This document shows positions 39,678 to 49,500 of a stretch of 64,000 nucleotides of DNA, piece after piece. Location of the stretch: assembly GCA_046539845.1 (NCBI GenBank), contig JBKHGE010000008.1:1-64000 (forward strand), written 5' to 3'. This DNA comes from Desulfonatronovibrionaceae bacterium (lineage in GTDB: Bacteria; Desulfobacterota; Desulfovibrionia; Desulfovibrionales; Desulfonatronovibrionaceae). A model generated the notes under the pieces. It worked only from the letters and a program-made list of their open reading frames with translations, had not been told where the DNA came from and made no database searches. Both the position numbers and the translations under genes were made by a program. Position 1 is the first letter of the stretch. Every line of letters begins with the position of its first letter.

Positions 39678-40349
39678 ATGCCCCAGACGCACTTATCCCG
39701 GGAGAGGGATCAGCTGAAGATGCTGGTTTTGGAAATGGTTTCCAAAACTACCGAAGCGGCCGGAGACAGCCTGGAGGCCTTTGCAGAGATGGATACTGAC
39801 AAGGCCCAGACAGTAATAGATTCGGACAACGAGATAAACGAGCTGGAAGTCAGTGTAGACGAAAAGTGCCTGCGGCTTTTGGCCCTGGAGGGGCCAGTGG
39901 CCGGGGATCTGCGATTTATACTGGGCTGTATGCGGGTCAGTATGGATCTGGAGCGGATCGGAGACGAGGCGGCCAATATCGCCCAGGATGTCGTGGTCCT
40001 CAGTCTCAAGCCGTCTCTGGATTTTTATCACCGTCTGACTACTATGGGTTATAAGGCCCTGGAGATGCTTAAACTGGCCGGGAAGGCCTTTGCTGAAGAG
40101 GATACCGACCAAGCAGTTCGGGTGTGCCGGATGGACAACGAAGTGGATGAGTTAAACTCCGCCTTTATTAAGCAAGTCATCGGGTACATGGGTGATCACG
40201 CCCCGGCCATAGAGCGTTCGGTGCGGTGCATAAATGTAGCCCGGCGCATGGAAAGGATCGGGGATCTGGCCACCAATATCGCGGAAAATACGGTTTTTAT
40301 TTCCAGAGGGGTGAACATCAAGCACTATTGTCAGTTTGACAACCGCTGA
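39678..40349 (+). CDS. phoU: Phosphate signalling protein PhoU
   Basis: Two LERIGD/MERIGD repeats, DLR. Confidence 0.95.
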   Translation: MPQTHLSRERDQLKMLVLEMVSKTTEAAGDSLEAFAEMDTDKAQTVIDSDNEINELEVSVDEKCLRLLALEGPVAGDLRFILGCMRVSMDLERIGDEAANIAQDVVVLSLKPSLDFYHRLTTMGYKALEMLKLAGKAFAEEDTDQAVRVCRMDNEVDELNSAFIKQVIGYMGDHAPAIERSVRCINVARRMERIGDLATNIAENTVFISRGVNIKHYCQFDNR

Positions 40350-40368
40350 GCCTGACGATCGGGTTCAA

Positions 40369-41109
40369 TTAAAGCGGGTTCTCGTATTCCCGGATGCTCT
40401 GTCTGGCCAGTTCGAGCCAGCCCTGATTGGCCCGGGGACTGGCCGGGCTGGGATGGGGCATCCCGCCGGTTTTAACCCCATTTCCCCGGCAGGCGATTTT
40501 AACCCGGCTTTCAGCGAACCTGCCTATGCCCAGGACCACTCCGGGGCGGATCAATTCCACGGCCCGGGCCAGGCTCCGGTCGCATACGTTGAAAAGCCTT
40601 TTTTTCTCTTCCGCCTTGAGTCTGTCCGGGGTCCTGTTCCGTCCGCTCTGTTCCAAAAAGGCCAGCGGACAGTAGTTGCCCACAAAGAAGCGGGAGAAAA
40701 ATTCTTCCGGGGTGCCGAAATCTCTTTGCGCCCAGCCCCAGAGGCGGCGGCCGCTTACCTCGGAGCGGGGGCAACGTGGTCCGTGTACCGGACGCGCCGG
40801 ATGCTCCGCAGGCGGGGGGAGTGGAACTGATTTTATCTGGAGCCAATTTCGGACCATGTCTGCGTCTCCGAAAGGGACGCCGGTCTGGACCATGCCCCAC
40901 GGCCCGGGGTTCATGCCCACCAGGAGAAAATCTACTCCCGGGCGGCAGAAGCTTAAGTACTCCTCGAACGGAGTGCGGGCATAAAGCAGGGGGTTATACA
41001 CATGAGATACCGGGGAAGAGAAACTGAGCCTGTTTGTCTCTTCGGCCAGACGGCGGTAGTTTTGCTTGAGCCCTTTAAGCATGCCCGGAATGTCAGCGGA
41101 CGAACTCAT
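40369..41109 (-). CDS. SMUG1-type (family 3) uracil-DNA glycosylase
   Basis: YNPL, GMNPGPWGMVQTGVPFG, SEVSGRR, NYCPL, HPSP. Confidence 0.92.
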   Translation of the reverse strand: MSSSADIPGMLKGLKQNYRRLAEETNRLSFSSPVSHVYNPLLYARTPFEEYLSFCRPGVDFLLVGMNPGPWGMVQTGVPFGDADMVRNWLQIKSVPLPPPAEHPARPVHGPRCPRSEVSGRRLWGWAQRDFGTPEEFFSRFFVGNYCPLAFLEQSGRNRTPDRLKAEEKKRLFNVCDRSLARAVELIRPGVVLGIGRFAESRVKIACRGNGVKTGGMPHPSPASPRANQGWLELARQSIREYENPL

Positions 41110-41362
41110 CCTTCACCGTCCCGTTGGGGTTGAAGACCAGCTCCATGGCCTCCGGGGTCACGCAGACCGTTTTTTCCCCAGGGTCCTTCCACTTGAGTAG
41201 TCTGTAGCCCATAAGCCCCGTGTCTGTCTCCGGGCTGTAGGCAACCTGCCCTCCGGCCAGGACAAACTCCAGTCTGTCCGCCTGCTGTGGAGTCAGAATC
41301 GCTTTTTTCTTTGTCTTTTGCCGGAAATCAGGCAAAAGATTTCCGGATGATTTTTTGTTCAT
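41093..41362 (-). CDS. Small hypothetical protein
   Basis: 89-aa ORF overlapping both neighbours in operon fashion. Confidence 0.6.
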   Translation of the reverse strand: MNKKSSGNLLPDFRQKTKKKAILTPQQADRLEFVLAGGQVAYSPETDTGLMGYRLLKWKDPGEKTVCVTPEAMELVFNPNGTVKDEFVR

Positions 41363-42489
41363 TGCTTGGCCTCCTTTGCTTCAGGCAGGATGTCTATGAT
41401 CACTATCTCCCTGCGGTGCGGGAACCTAGCGCTCGGCCCCCATGTGCCCGCCCCCCTGGTGACGATGAGCACGGTCCCTTTTTCGCGGTATTGTCCGTAT
41501 ATATGCGGGTAGGCGGTGCGGACCAACAGGTTGAAGGGAAAGAGCTGTCCGTTATGGGTGTGGCCGCTGAGCTGCAGGTCCACTCCGAGGTCCGCGGCCG
41601 GGAGTAGTCCTTCAGGACGGTGGGTGACGAGTATAGTGAACCGCTCCGGGTCTGCCCCGGCCAGGACCTCCTGCATGATCCGGGCGTAAAAGTCCTTATT
41701 GTCCCCGTGTCTGGCCGGGTCGTCGATTCCGGCGATCTGGACGGGCACGCCCGGAAGGGAGAAGACCGTATTGCGGACCGGACGGATCCCGGCCTTTTTC
41801 ATCAGTCGGACCGCTTTTTTCCGGCCGAAATAGACCTCGTGATTACCAAGTATCCCGTATTTGCCCCGGGGCAGATCAAGGTCGCGGAAAATTTTTAGGT
41901 GCTGGTCCAAAAAGCCAGGATGATCGTTGAATAGGTCCCCGGCGAACAAACATACCTCCGGTTTTTCCTGGTTCAGGATATAAGCGATGTCCTTTGTCTC
42001 CGACAGCCGGGTTTGGATACCCAGGTGGTTGTCTGCGACAAGGGCTAGGGTGAACGGTTTTTCCAGTTTTGGGGTGTGTACAGAGTAACGGGTGATCTCC
42101 GGCGGGGAAGCAGCCAGGTAGTACCCGGTACTGAGGAGGAGAAGTGAAATCGGTACAGAGGCTGTTCCCAGCCAGGTCTTTGCCTTGCAAAGCAGAGCGG
42201 GGCGCAAGACGCGCAACCCGGTCTCCAAGACCAGGGCTGTGGTTTGCACACTGAAGATGTACAGCACGAATCCGACCCAGAAGTAGGTGGTTTGCCATAC
42301 AGCGCGTATGGTCCAGGCCGGCCAGGTGTCCGGGACCAGATAGCCGTAGATTATACTCAGGGACAAGGGCAGACACAAAGCGGTCCCGAACCAGAAGATC
42401 CTCCAGGGGAAGTGTACCTGCCGTTGCAGCCGGGTCCAGGCGAACAGATGCATGCCCAGAAATACGGAGACAACTGTTAAAGCGAACAT
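41359..42489 (-). CDS. Membrane-anchored metallophosphoesterase (YkuE-like)
   Basis: DNH, GD, GNHE, HRP, SGHTHNGQ; N-terminal TMs. Confidence 0.9.
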   Translation of the reverse strand: MFALTVVSVFLGMHLFAWTRLQRQVHFPWRIFWFGTALCLPLSLSIIYGYLVPDTWPAWTIRAVWQTTYFWVGFVLYIFSVQTTALVLETGLRVLRPALLCKAKTWLGTASVPISLLLLSTGYYLAASPPEITRYSVHTPKLEKPFTLALVADNHLGIQTRLSETKDIAYILNQEKPEVCLFAGDLFNDHPGFLDQHLKIFRDLDLPRGKYGILGNHEVYFGRKKAVRLMKKAGIRPVRNTVFSLPGVPVQIAGIDDPARHGDNKDFYARIMQEVLAGADPERFTILVTHRPEGLLPAADLGVDLQLSGHTHNGQLFPFNLLVRTAYPHIYGQYREKGTVLIVTRGAGTWGPSARFPHRREIVIIDILPEAKEAKQ

Positions 42490-42498
42490 GGATCTTTT

Positions 42499-43296
42499 CT
42501 ACTCTGGCCAGAGCAGAAGTACAAACGGGGCCAAAGCCAGTCTGTACCAAGCGAACGGCCGGAGTGTGGCCGCGGACAAAAGGGCAATAAACCCCTTTAC
42601 CGCCAGCCACGCCGAGGCGAATGAGACCACAAAGCCGATGACCAGGGTTACAAAATCCGTGCGCGTCATTTCGCTCCAGCTGCCGCTGAGATCGAACCCG
42701 GAGGCCGCGATCATGATGGGCACGGCCGCGATAAACGAATACTCCGCAGACAGCTTCCTCCTGGCACCCAAAATCATTCCGCCCATGATTGTCGCGGCTG
42801 AGCGGGAGAATCCGGGCCATAGAGCCAGGCACTGAAAACAGCCTATATAAAGGGCGGTCTTGGAATCGATCTCATCCAGGGAAGCCATTTTGGGCGGGGT
42901 CTTTCTGCGTTCGACCACAAGAATGGCCAGGGCGCCCACACCCAGGGCCCAGGCCACGCTCACCGGATTGAAGAGCAGATCCTTTATCAAGGAATGGGTC
43001 AAAAGCCCGAGGACTGAGGCGGGGAGAGAAGTCAAAAACAAGAGCCACAATCCGTAAATCCCGGAAAATCGCCTTTTCTCTTGCGGCCGGATCAGACCCA
43101 GGAAAGTGGGCCAGTACATGACCACTACAGCCAGGATGGCCCCAAGCTGGATCACGACCTCAAAGGTGGATGCCTGCGGACCGGTAAAGCCCAGCAGATG
43201 TCCGACGATTATCAGATGTCCGGTGGAGGATACGGGCAAAAATTCGGTCAGACCCTCCACTATGCCCATTATGACAGCAATTATAAATACGTGCAT
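42499..43296 (-). CDS. uppP: Undecaprenyl-diphosphate phosphatase
   Basis: EGLTEFLPVSSTGHL, PGFSRS. Confidence 0.97.
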   Translation of the reverse strand: MHVFIIAVIMGIVEGLTEFLPVSSTGHLIIVGHLLGFTGPQASTFEVVIQLGAILAVVVMYWPTFLGLIRPQEKRRFSGIYGLWLLFLTSLPASVLGLLTHSLIKDLLFNPVSVAWALGVGALAILVVERRKTPPKMASLDEIDSKTALYIGCFQCLALWPGFSRSAATIMGGMILGARRKLSAEYSFIAAVPIMIAASGFDLSGSWSEMTRTDFVTLVIGFVVSFASAWLAVKGFIALLSAATLRPFAWYRLALAPFVLLLWPE

Positions 43297-43342
43297 GCCC
43301 GCTCCCGTGCCTTGGTTTTAAGGGCTTTGCAGCCTTTGTCTG

Positions 43343-44110
43343 CTAATCGGTTATTTTTTCCAGGAAATTCTTTATGCGCGGGTTGTCCAGCTTGTTGGAA
43401 AAGAAGTCCTGGGGAGTGCCTTCGGCAATAAATGAGCCGTCTTCCATAAAGATTATCTTGTCCGCCATATCCCGGGCAAAACTCATCTGGTGAGTGACCA
43501 TGAGCATGGTCATGCCCTCCCGAGCCAGGGTGCGGATGGCTTCGAACACCTCTCCGACCAGCTCCGGGTCCAGAGCGGAGGTGGGTTCGTCAAAGAGCAT
43601 AACCTTGGGTTTCATGGCCAGGGCCCGGGCAATGGCCACTCTTTGTTTCTGTCCTCCGGACAGGGTGGCCGGAAAGAAATTCTTTTTGTCCAGGAGCCCG
43701 ACCTTGCCCAGCATGTCCATTGCCGTGTCCAGGCACTCGTTTTTCGGTTTTTTGCGTACGGTAAGCGGCCCCTCCATGACATTTTCCAGTACGGTCATGT
43801 GCGGAAAAAGGTGGAAGTGCTGAAAAACCATGCCGATTTCCGAGCGCAAGGCGCAGATATTTTTGGGTTTGTCCAGGACCCTACGGCCGTGCTTTTGCAC
43901 ATAGCCGACTTCTTTGTTTTCAAAGAGGATCTGTCCGGAGTCAATGTTTTCCAGGAAATTTATGGCCCGAAGCAGTGTGGATTTTCCGGACCCGGAGGGA
44001 CCGATGATGGCTACTTTTTCCTGTTTGTGGATGATCAGGTCCACATGATCCACCGCGGTCAAGTCCCCGTATCGTTTGCATATCTGCTTGAGTTCAATAA
44101 GCGGTTGCAT
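43343..44110 (-). CDS. Polar amino-acid ABC ATPase
   Basis: GPSGSGKST, LSGGQKQRVAIARALAM, FDEPTSALDPE. Confidence 0.95.
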   Translation of the reverse strand: MQPLIELKQICKRYGDLTAVDHVDLIIHKQEKVAIIGPSGSGKSTLLRAINFLENIDSGQILFENKEVGYVQKHGRRVLDKPKNICALRSEIGMVFQHFHLFPHMTVLENVMEGPLTVRKKPKNECLDTAMDMLGKVGLLDKKNFFPATLSGGQKQRVAIARALAMKPKVMLFDEPTSALDPELVGEVFEAIRTLAREGMTMLMVTHQMSFARDMADKIIFMEDGSFIAEGTPQDFFSNKLDNPRIKNFLEKITD

Positions 44111-45133
44111 CTATCTGTTCTCGTACGCCCCGACTTTTTTCTCGATTTTTTCAAAGGCCACTGTGAATACCGAGGTGAACAGCAAATATATTATGGCTGC
44201 AAGGATCAGGACGGTTATGTTGAAATAGGCATTGAACAGCTGGTCCGCAGCCCGCATGAGCTCGACCATGGCAATGGTTGAGACTAGGGCGGTGTCTTTG
44301 ATCAGGGCGATGAATTCATTTCCGACCGGCGGCATGAGCCGTTTATAAGTCTGGGGGATTATAACCCGGCGCATGGCCTGACCATAGGTCATGCCCAGGG
44401 CCTTGGCCGCCTCCATCTGTCCGTAGTCTATGCTCTGGATCCCGCCGCGGATAATTTCGGCCAGATAGGCAGAATAGTTGAGCCCCAATCCGGTAAGGGC
44501 CGCGGTCATCGGGTCCAGGGTGATGCCCAGGGCCGGCAGGCCGTAATAGATGAAAAACAGCTGTAAAAGCAAAGGGGTGCCCCGGAAGAGCCAGATAAAG
44601 AACCAGCACAGAGCGGACAAAGGTTTTATTGTGCTGATACGGCCCAGGGCGACCAAAAGCCCGCCCAGAGGGGAAATGAGCATGGTGGAAAGGACCAGGA
44701 CCAGGGTCATGAGCGCACCCTTGGCCAGGGCGGGCAGAAAACGTTTTATATCGAGGAAAAATTGCTCCCAGGCCGGTCGGTTCTCGCGTTCAATTGAGGT
44801 CAAAAAGTTTCTGGCCTCACTATTGTCCGGGAACACGGCCAGGATCTCTTGGCATTTCTTTTCCGCCCGATCAAAGTCCTTGTTCCCAAAATAGAGCCGG
44901 GCCAGGGTCATCCTGCTCTTTACAAACGCACCCCCGTCGTCCTGTCCCTCCCGGGGGGGCTGGATGCGCAGAAAGAGTTCCCGGGCCTTTTCGATATTGC
45001 CCATGGCCAGCTCGTCCGCCCCCTTGCGGTACAGCGCAAGCGGGGATTCGGCGGCCGGAAGCTGCCAGGCCCCGGCAAAAAACAGCAAAAGCAGGAGCAC
45101 GCAAATGCCCCTGCTTTTATTTGTCGGTATCAA
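44111..45133 (-). CDS. Polar amino-acid ABC permease with N-terminal TPR-like extension
   Basis: C-half FRGTPLLLQL, SAYLAEIIRGG, EAAKALG; N-half signal peptide plus TPR-like helices; start uncertain. Confidence 0.88.
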   Translation of the reverse strand: MIPTNKSRGICVLLLLLFFAGAWQLPAAESPLALYRKGADELAMGNIEKARELFLRIQPPREGQDDGGAFVKSRMTLARLYFGNKDFDRAEKKCQEILAVFPDNSEARNFLTSIERENRPAWEQFFLDIKRFLPALAKGALMTLVLVLSTMLISPLGGLLVALGRISTIKPLSALCWFFIWLFRGTPLLLQLFFIYYGLPALGITLDPMTAALTGLGLNYSAYLAEIIRGGIQSIDYGQMEAAKALGMTYGQAMRRVIIPQTYKRLMPPVGNEFIALIKDTALVSTIAMVELMRAADQLFNAYFNITVLILAAIIYLLFTSVFTVAFEKIEKKVGAYENR

Positions 45134-45146
45134 TCAAGCAGCCTTT

Positions 45147-45938
45147 TTACCAGTCTTTGGGGTTAGTTATGTCCTCACCAAACCATTTTTGGGAAATGCG
45201 GCCCATGGTCCCGTCTGCAACCATCTCGTTCAATTCTTCCTGGATTTTTTTCCGGAGCATATCGTCTTCCTGGCGGAAGGCGACTCCAAAGGGTTCCTTG
45301 GTTATAAAGCCGGACAACGCCTTGAACTTTCCGGGCCGGTTGGCAATAACGTATCTGCCGGCGACATTGTCTATAACCACTGCGTCCAGGCGGCCGGACT
45401 CCAGGTCCAAGAGGGCCTTGGGATTGCTTTCATACTCCTTGACCTTGCCCGGCTCAACCGGCAGTTCCTCCACCGCTTCCAAAGCGGAGGAACCTTGCTG
45501 CACGCCGATTGTCTTGTCCTTGAGATCCCGGAATTTGTGAATGATATTGTTGGCCATCTGGATAACCACTATCTGCCCGTCCATGATGTACGGGTCTGTG
45601 AAATCCACTTTCTCCGCCCGTTCGTCGGTAATGGTCATCCCGTTCCAGATGCAGTCGAATTTACCCGAGTTCAAGGAATGGATCACTCCATCCCAGGCGG
45701 TTGGCTGCCATTTGATATCAATGCCCAGTCTGTCTCCCAGCTTTTCTGCGGCGTCAATATCAAAACCTATGAGCTCACCCTTGTCGTTACGAAAACCCAT
45801 GGGAGGAAAGGCGTCATCCAGCCCGATCCGTAGCTCCCCTTTTTCCTTGATCGTTTCCCAGGAATTGTCCTCTGCCGCTGCAGTGGAAGCCAGACCCAGG
45901 CAGAGCACCAGGGCCAGGATTCTTATTGCGGTTTTCAT
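45147..45938 (-). CDS. Polar amino-acid ABC substrate-binding protein
   Basis: Signal peptide, FPPMGF, GFDID, NGMTITDER; AGGAGG RBS. Confidence 0.93.
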   Translation of the reverse strand: MKTAIRILALVLCLGLASTAAAEDNSWETIKEKGELRIGLDDAFPPMGFRNDKGELIGFDIDAAEKLGDRLGIDIKWQPTAWDGVIHSLNSGKFDCIWNGMTITDERAEKVDFTDPYIMDGQIVVIQMANNIIHKFRDLKDKTIGVQQGSSALEAVEELPVEPGKVKEYESNPKALLDLESGRLDAVVIDNVAGRYVIANRPGKFKALSGFITKEPFGVAFRQEDDMLRKKIQEELNEMVADGTMGRISQKWFGEDITNPKDW

Positions 45939-46226
45939 GTAAAACCTCCTTGACTTAAATGCTGTGGTCCAAAATACCGCCGGATAAGCGAACACGGGCC
46001 GGGAGTGGAGGCCGGAGATCAGCCCGTAGTCCGCTGCGGAGCGCATCCCGGCATGCATTCAGCGGACTCCGTTCATCTATCTCAAGGCAATTCAAGTTGC
46101 AAGCAGGAATTGAATGTTGTAATTCGGTCAGAGCGCGCCCTGAGCAGCCCCGGGCGCGGACCGGGCCGCCGGATGAACCGGAAATTCGGTCTGGAACAGA
46201 CAATACCAGTCAGGAGGATTGGATCT

Positions 46227-46421
46227 ATGAGCACGATAATGCCGGACTCCAAAAAGGTTCGGGAGGCGATAGAATGGGTGGATTATGTATGCAGGGAAGG
46301 CCGTTCCCTGAAAAGTGCCCTGCAGGAAGTGGGCATGCGCTTCAACCTCGGGCCCAAAGACGAGAGGTTTGTCCGGGATTTTTTCTCCGGAAAGGGTGAG
46401 GGGGACGGCAGGAGCGGATGA
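46227..46421 (+). CDS. Small hypothetical protein
   Basis: AGGAGG RBS, 64 aa, stop overlaps lptF start (ATGA). Confidence 0.7.
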   Translation: MSTIMPDSKKVREAIEWVDYVCREGRSLKSALQEVGMRFNLGPKDERFVRDFFSGKGEGDGRSG

Positions 46422-47611
46422 CAATACTGCACCGGACCATGTTCAGGGAGATAGGGATTATCTTTTCCCTGTGCCTGGTCTCCGCTCTGACCCTGGTGGT
46501 GATTGGAAGGTTTTTGCAGCTCAAAGATCTGTTCATGGGTCAGAGCGTTTCTCTTTTGGATATCTTGAAGATATTCGTGTTCTTGAGTCCGAGCTTCCTT
46601 ACCCTGCTTATACCTATCGGGTGCATGCTGAGTATCTTTCTGTGTTTTCTGCGCATGGCCACAGACCGGGAGCTCACCGCGCTGCAAAGCGCCGGTTTGG
46701 GGATTAAAAGTTTTGTCCTCTCACCGCTAGTCTTTTCCTGCCTGTGTACCGGGCTGACTTTTTTGATCAGCTTCCAGGGCATTCCCTGGGGTATCGACAA
46801 TTTCCGGAACACGACTATGGAAATCCTGGAGACCAAGGCCAGGCTCGTGCTCCAGCCCGGGGTCTTCAACACCCAGTTCCCGGGCTTGACCATTTTTTCC
46901 AGGCAGGTGGAGCCTTCCACCCAGGAGCTCGAAGGGGTGTTTGTCCGGGATAAGAAGCAAACCGGCGAGGATACGGTGATTGTCGCTCCCCGGGGAGAAA
47001 TAAAGTCCAGCCCGCAAAGCGGAGAGCTTTTTTTTGTCCTTAAAAACGGCGAGATCTACCAAGTTCAGGACCAAGAATCCTCTGTGGTCGATTTCAGCGC
47101 CTACCGCCTGCGTCTGGATACCTCCAGTCTGGTCCGGGATATGGACATGGAGGACAGAAGACCCAAACACATGCACTGGCATGAACTCGTAACCGAACTC
47201 GAGGACGACTTGGTCCAGGGCCATGATCGGCGCAAGGTGATAATGGAGATGCACAAGAAGGTAGCCCTGCCCCTGGCCTGCCTTGTCCTGGGGATGTTCG
47301 CCGTACCCCTGGCCATGTCTCTGGAGGGTCTGGGCAGGCAGTACGGGTCTTTTTTGGCCCTTACGGCCTTTCTGGTTTATTATACCTTTTTCACGGTCTC
47401 CTACAGCCTGGGAGAGACGGGAGTGGTAAACCCGCATTACTGTGTGTGGGCTTCAAATATGTTTTTTGTCCTACTTACTGGAGCGGCCTTTTATATGACC
47501 GTCCGGGGCCGGGAGATTAATCTGCTGACTCGAGTGCACACCCTGGCCCTTTTGCTCGGGTGGAAAAAAGAGGGGGCGGACCGGACGGAAAGCGGCGGAA
47601 TCGGGTCATGA
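46418..47611 (+). CDS. lptF: LPS export ABC permease LptF
   Basis: 3+3 TM layout, RMATDRELTALQSAG, PGVFN. Confidence 0.88.
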   Translation: MTILHRTMFREIGIIFSLCLVSALTLVVIGRFLQLKDLFMGQSVSLLDILKIFVFLSPSFLTLLIPIGCMLSIFLCFLRMATDRELTALQSAGLGIKSFVLSPLVFSCLCTGLTFLISFQGIPWGIDNFRNTTMEILETKARLVLQPGVFNTQFPGLTIFSRQVEPSTQELEGVFVRDKKQTGEDTVIVAPRGEIKSSPQSGELFFVLKNGEIYQVQDQESSVVDFSAYRLRLDTSSLVRDMDMEDRRPKHMHWHELVTELEDDLVQGHDRRKVIMEMHKKVALPLACLVLGMFAVPLAMSLEGLGRQYGSFLALTAFLVYYTFFTVSYSLGETGVVNPHYCVWASNMFFVLLTGAAFYMTVRGREINLLTRVHTLALLLGWKKEGADRTESGGIGS

Positions 47612-48675
47612 GCAAAATACTGCACCGCTATCTGCTCCGGGAGAACCTGTATTACCTGGGACTAATTCTGGTCTCGGGCATATCCATATATCTGCTTATA
47701 GATTTTTTGGACCGGGCGGACGATTTTTTGTCCGCAGAGGTCGGGGTAGTAGTAATCCTCAAGTACTATGTGTATAAAACCCCGCTCATTATTTCCCAGA
47801 TACTGCCGGCGGTTTTTTTGCTCGCGGTGGTTTTGCAGCTCGGGATCATGATCCGCAACCGGGAGCTTCTGGCCCTGAATTCTAACAGTATTACCACCAA
47901 GACCATAGCGGGTTTTTTTGTCTTTTACGCCTTTTTCTGGGCCGGGGGCCAGCTTTTTTTCTCCCAGTATTTCGGCACCGCAGGGATGGAAAAGACCGAA
48001 ACCCTGTGGAAGGAAGAGGTCCGGAGCAAGGATCTCTCCCAAAGGACCCTGCATGACCTGTGGTTCCGCGAAGGGGACATGTTCGTATACCTGGACCGGG
48101 TCACTCCGGGGAAAAAGCAGGGCAGGGGTATAGAGATATACGAAGTCAAAAGCGACCGCAGCCTGACCAGGATCCTGCGGGCCAAGAATTTTTCCGTCTC
48201 CAAGAGTGGATGGGAGTTGAAAGAGGTGAGCATAATAAGCCCGCAAAAGTTTTCCGGGACCACGGCAAAGACAAAAACAGTAAATCTTGAAACCGATGTC
48301 CGTGATTTTCTGCGCGTGAGTTCGGAAATTCCCCCGGAGTCCCTTTCTTTATATCAGCTCGGGGGGTTGATTGACAAGCTGAGCAAAAGCGGCTCCAATG
48401 TGGAGAGACTGCGCACCTTATGGCACAGTAAGCTGTCCTATGCCGCGTCTCTGGTGGTTATGGCCCTTATCGGCGTGGCCCTGGTCACTCTGGCGGGGAA
48501 TATATATCTGCTGGTGGTTTTGAGCCTGGTCCTGGTTTTTGTCTATTACGCCGGTTTTGTGATCGGCACCGGGCTGGGCGAAACCGGGGTCCTGCATCCT
48601 TTGGCCGCGGCCTGGGCCTCGGATTTTGTACTCGCCCTGGCCGCGGCTGTTGTTGTCTGGTGGAAGGCGGATTGA
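47608..48675 (+). CDS. lptG: LPS export ABC permease LptG
   Basis: ILHRYL, NRELLAL, 3+3 TM; follows lptF. Confidence 0.88.
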   Translation: MSKILHRYLLRENLYYLGLILVSGISIYLLIDFLDRADDFLSAEVGVVVILKYYVYKTPLIISQILPAVFLLAVVLQLGIMIRNRELLALNSNSITTKTIAGFFVFYAFFWAGGQLFFSQYFGTAGMEKTETLWKEEVRSKDLSQRTLHDLWFREGDMFVYLDRVTPGKKQGRGIEIYEVKSDRSLTRILRAKNFSVSKSGWELKEVSIISPQKFSGTTAKTKTVNLETDVRDFLRVSSEIPPESLSLYQLGGLIDKLSKSGSNVERLRTLWHSKLSYAASLVVMALIGVALVTLAGNIYLLVVLSLVLVFVYYAGFVIGTGLGETGVLHPLAAAWASDFVLALAAAVVVWWKAD

Positions 48676-48707
48676 CCCCGGCGGGTCGGTCCCGCTTATG
48701 GCCTGCT

Positions 48708-49313
48708 CTACCCGGAGAAGGGGGCTCCGGAGCTTACCCCGGCCAGCTCCAGGATGCGCAGCCACAGCGCCTCCCGACCCCGGCCGGTTTTGGCGGAGAA
48801 AAGAATCGGCTCTCCGGCCTCCGGAAAGAGCCTTTTCCAGGCATTCAGGGCCCGGCTGCGTTCTTTTTGTCTGCTTTTGTCGCTTTTGGTCAGGACCAGA
48901 AGCAGATCAAAGCCGTACTGCTTTGCGAAAGAGGCTAATTCTACGTCCAAAGGCTGTGGTGTGAGCCTGGAATCGGTTATAAGCACCATGCCCCGGATGT
49001 GCGGAGAACCGGACAGATAGTCCTGCATGAGCCCGGCCCATTTGCCGCGCTCCTGTTTGGAACACTTGGCGTATCCATATCCCGGAAGATCGACCATAAA
49101 GAAGTCCCCGGGTTGGACGTGAAAGAAGTTTATGCTCCTGGTCTTGCCCGGTGTCGAGCTTGTCCGGGCCAGTTTGCCGCTTTGGGCCAAGCAGTTTATA
49201 AGCGAGGATTTCCCTGCATTGGAGCGGCCGGCCATGAGTACCTGCGGCCGGGTTTCGTTTGGCAGCTGGTCGCTGCGGTAAGCGGTATGCTTGAGATCAA
49301 ATCTGTGATTCAT
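48708..49313 (-). CDS. engB: Ribosome biogenesis GTPase YihA/EngB
   Basis: GRSNAGKSS, TPGKT, DLPGYGY, TKSD. Confidence 0.95.
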   Translation of the reverse strand: MNHRFDLKHTAYRSDQLPNETRPQVLMAGRSNAGKSSLINCLAQSGKLARTSSTPGKTRSINFFHVQPGDFFMVDLPGYGYAKCSKQERGKWAGLMQDYLSGSPHIRGMVLITDSRLTPQPLDVELASFAKQYGFDLLLVLTKSDKSRQKERSRALNAWKRLFPEAGEPILFSAKTGRGREALWLRILELAGVSSGAPFSG

Positions 49314-49500
49314 AAAGAAAAACGGTGGATAAATCGTTTTTTTTGGGTTAGGGAAAAGCAGGGTTCGGGTTTATTGGCCGGAGCTGTATTTTAGCCCGGA
49401 CCACCGGGATAAATATAGTATTCTGGCTGTAAGGGGTAAATCGCGGTCCGCTGATTTCCGGGATGGACCCAGGATCGGAAACCAACTTACGGAGTAAGGC

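Noticed and set aside
45939..46200. Lysine or other known riboswitch before the amino-acid ABC genes
   Set aside because: Hallmark conserved sequences were not recognisable; reported only as an unassigned structured leader.
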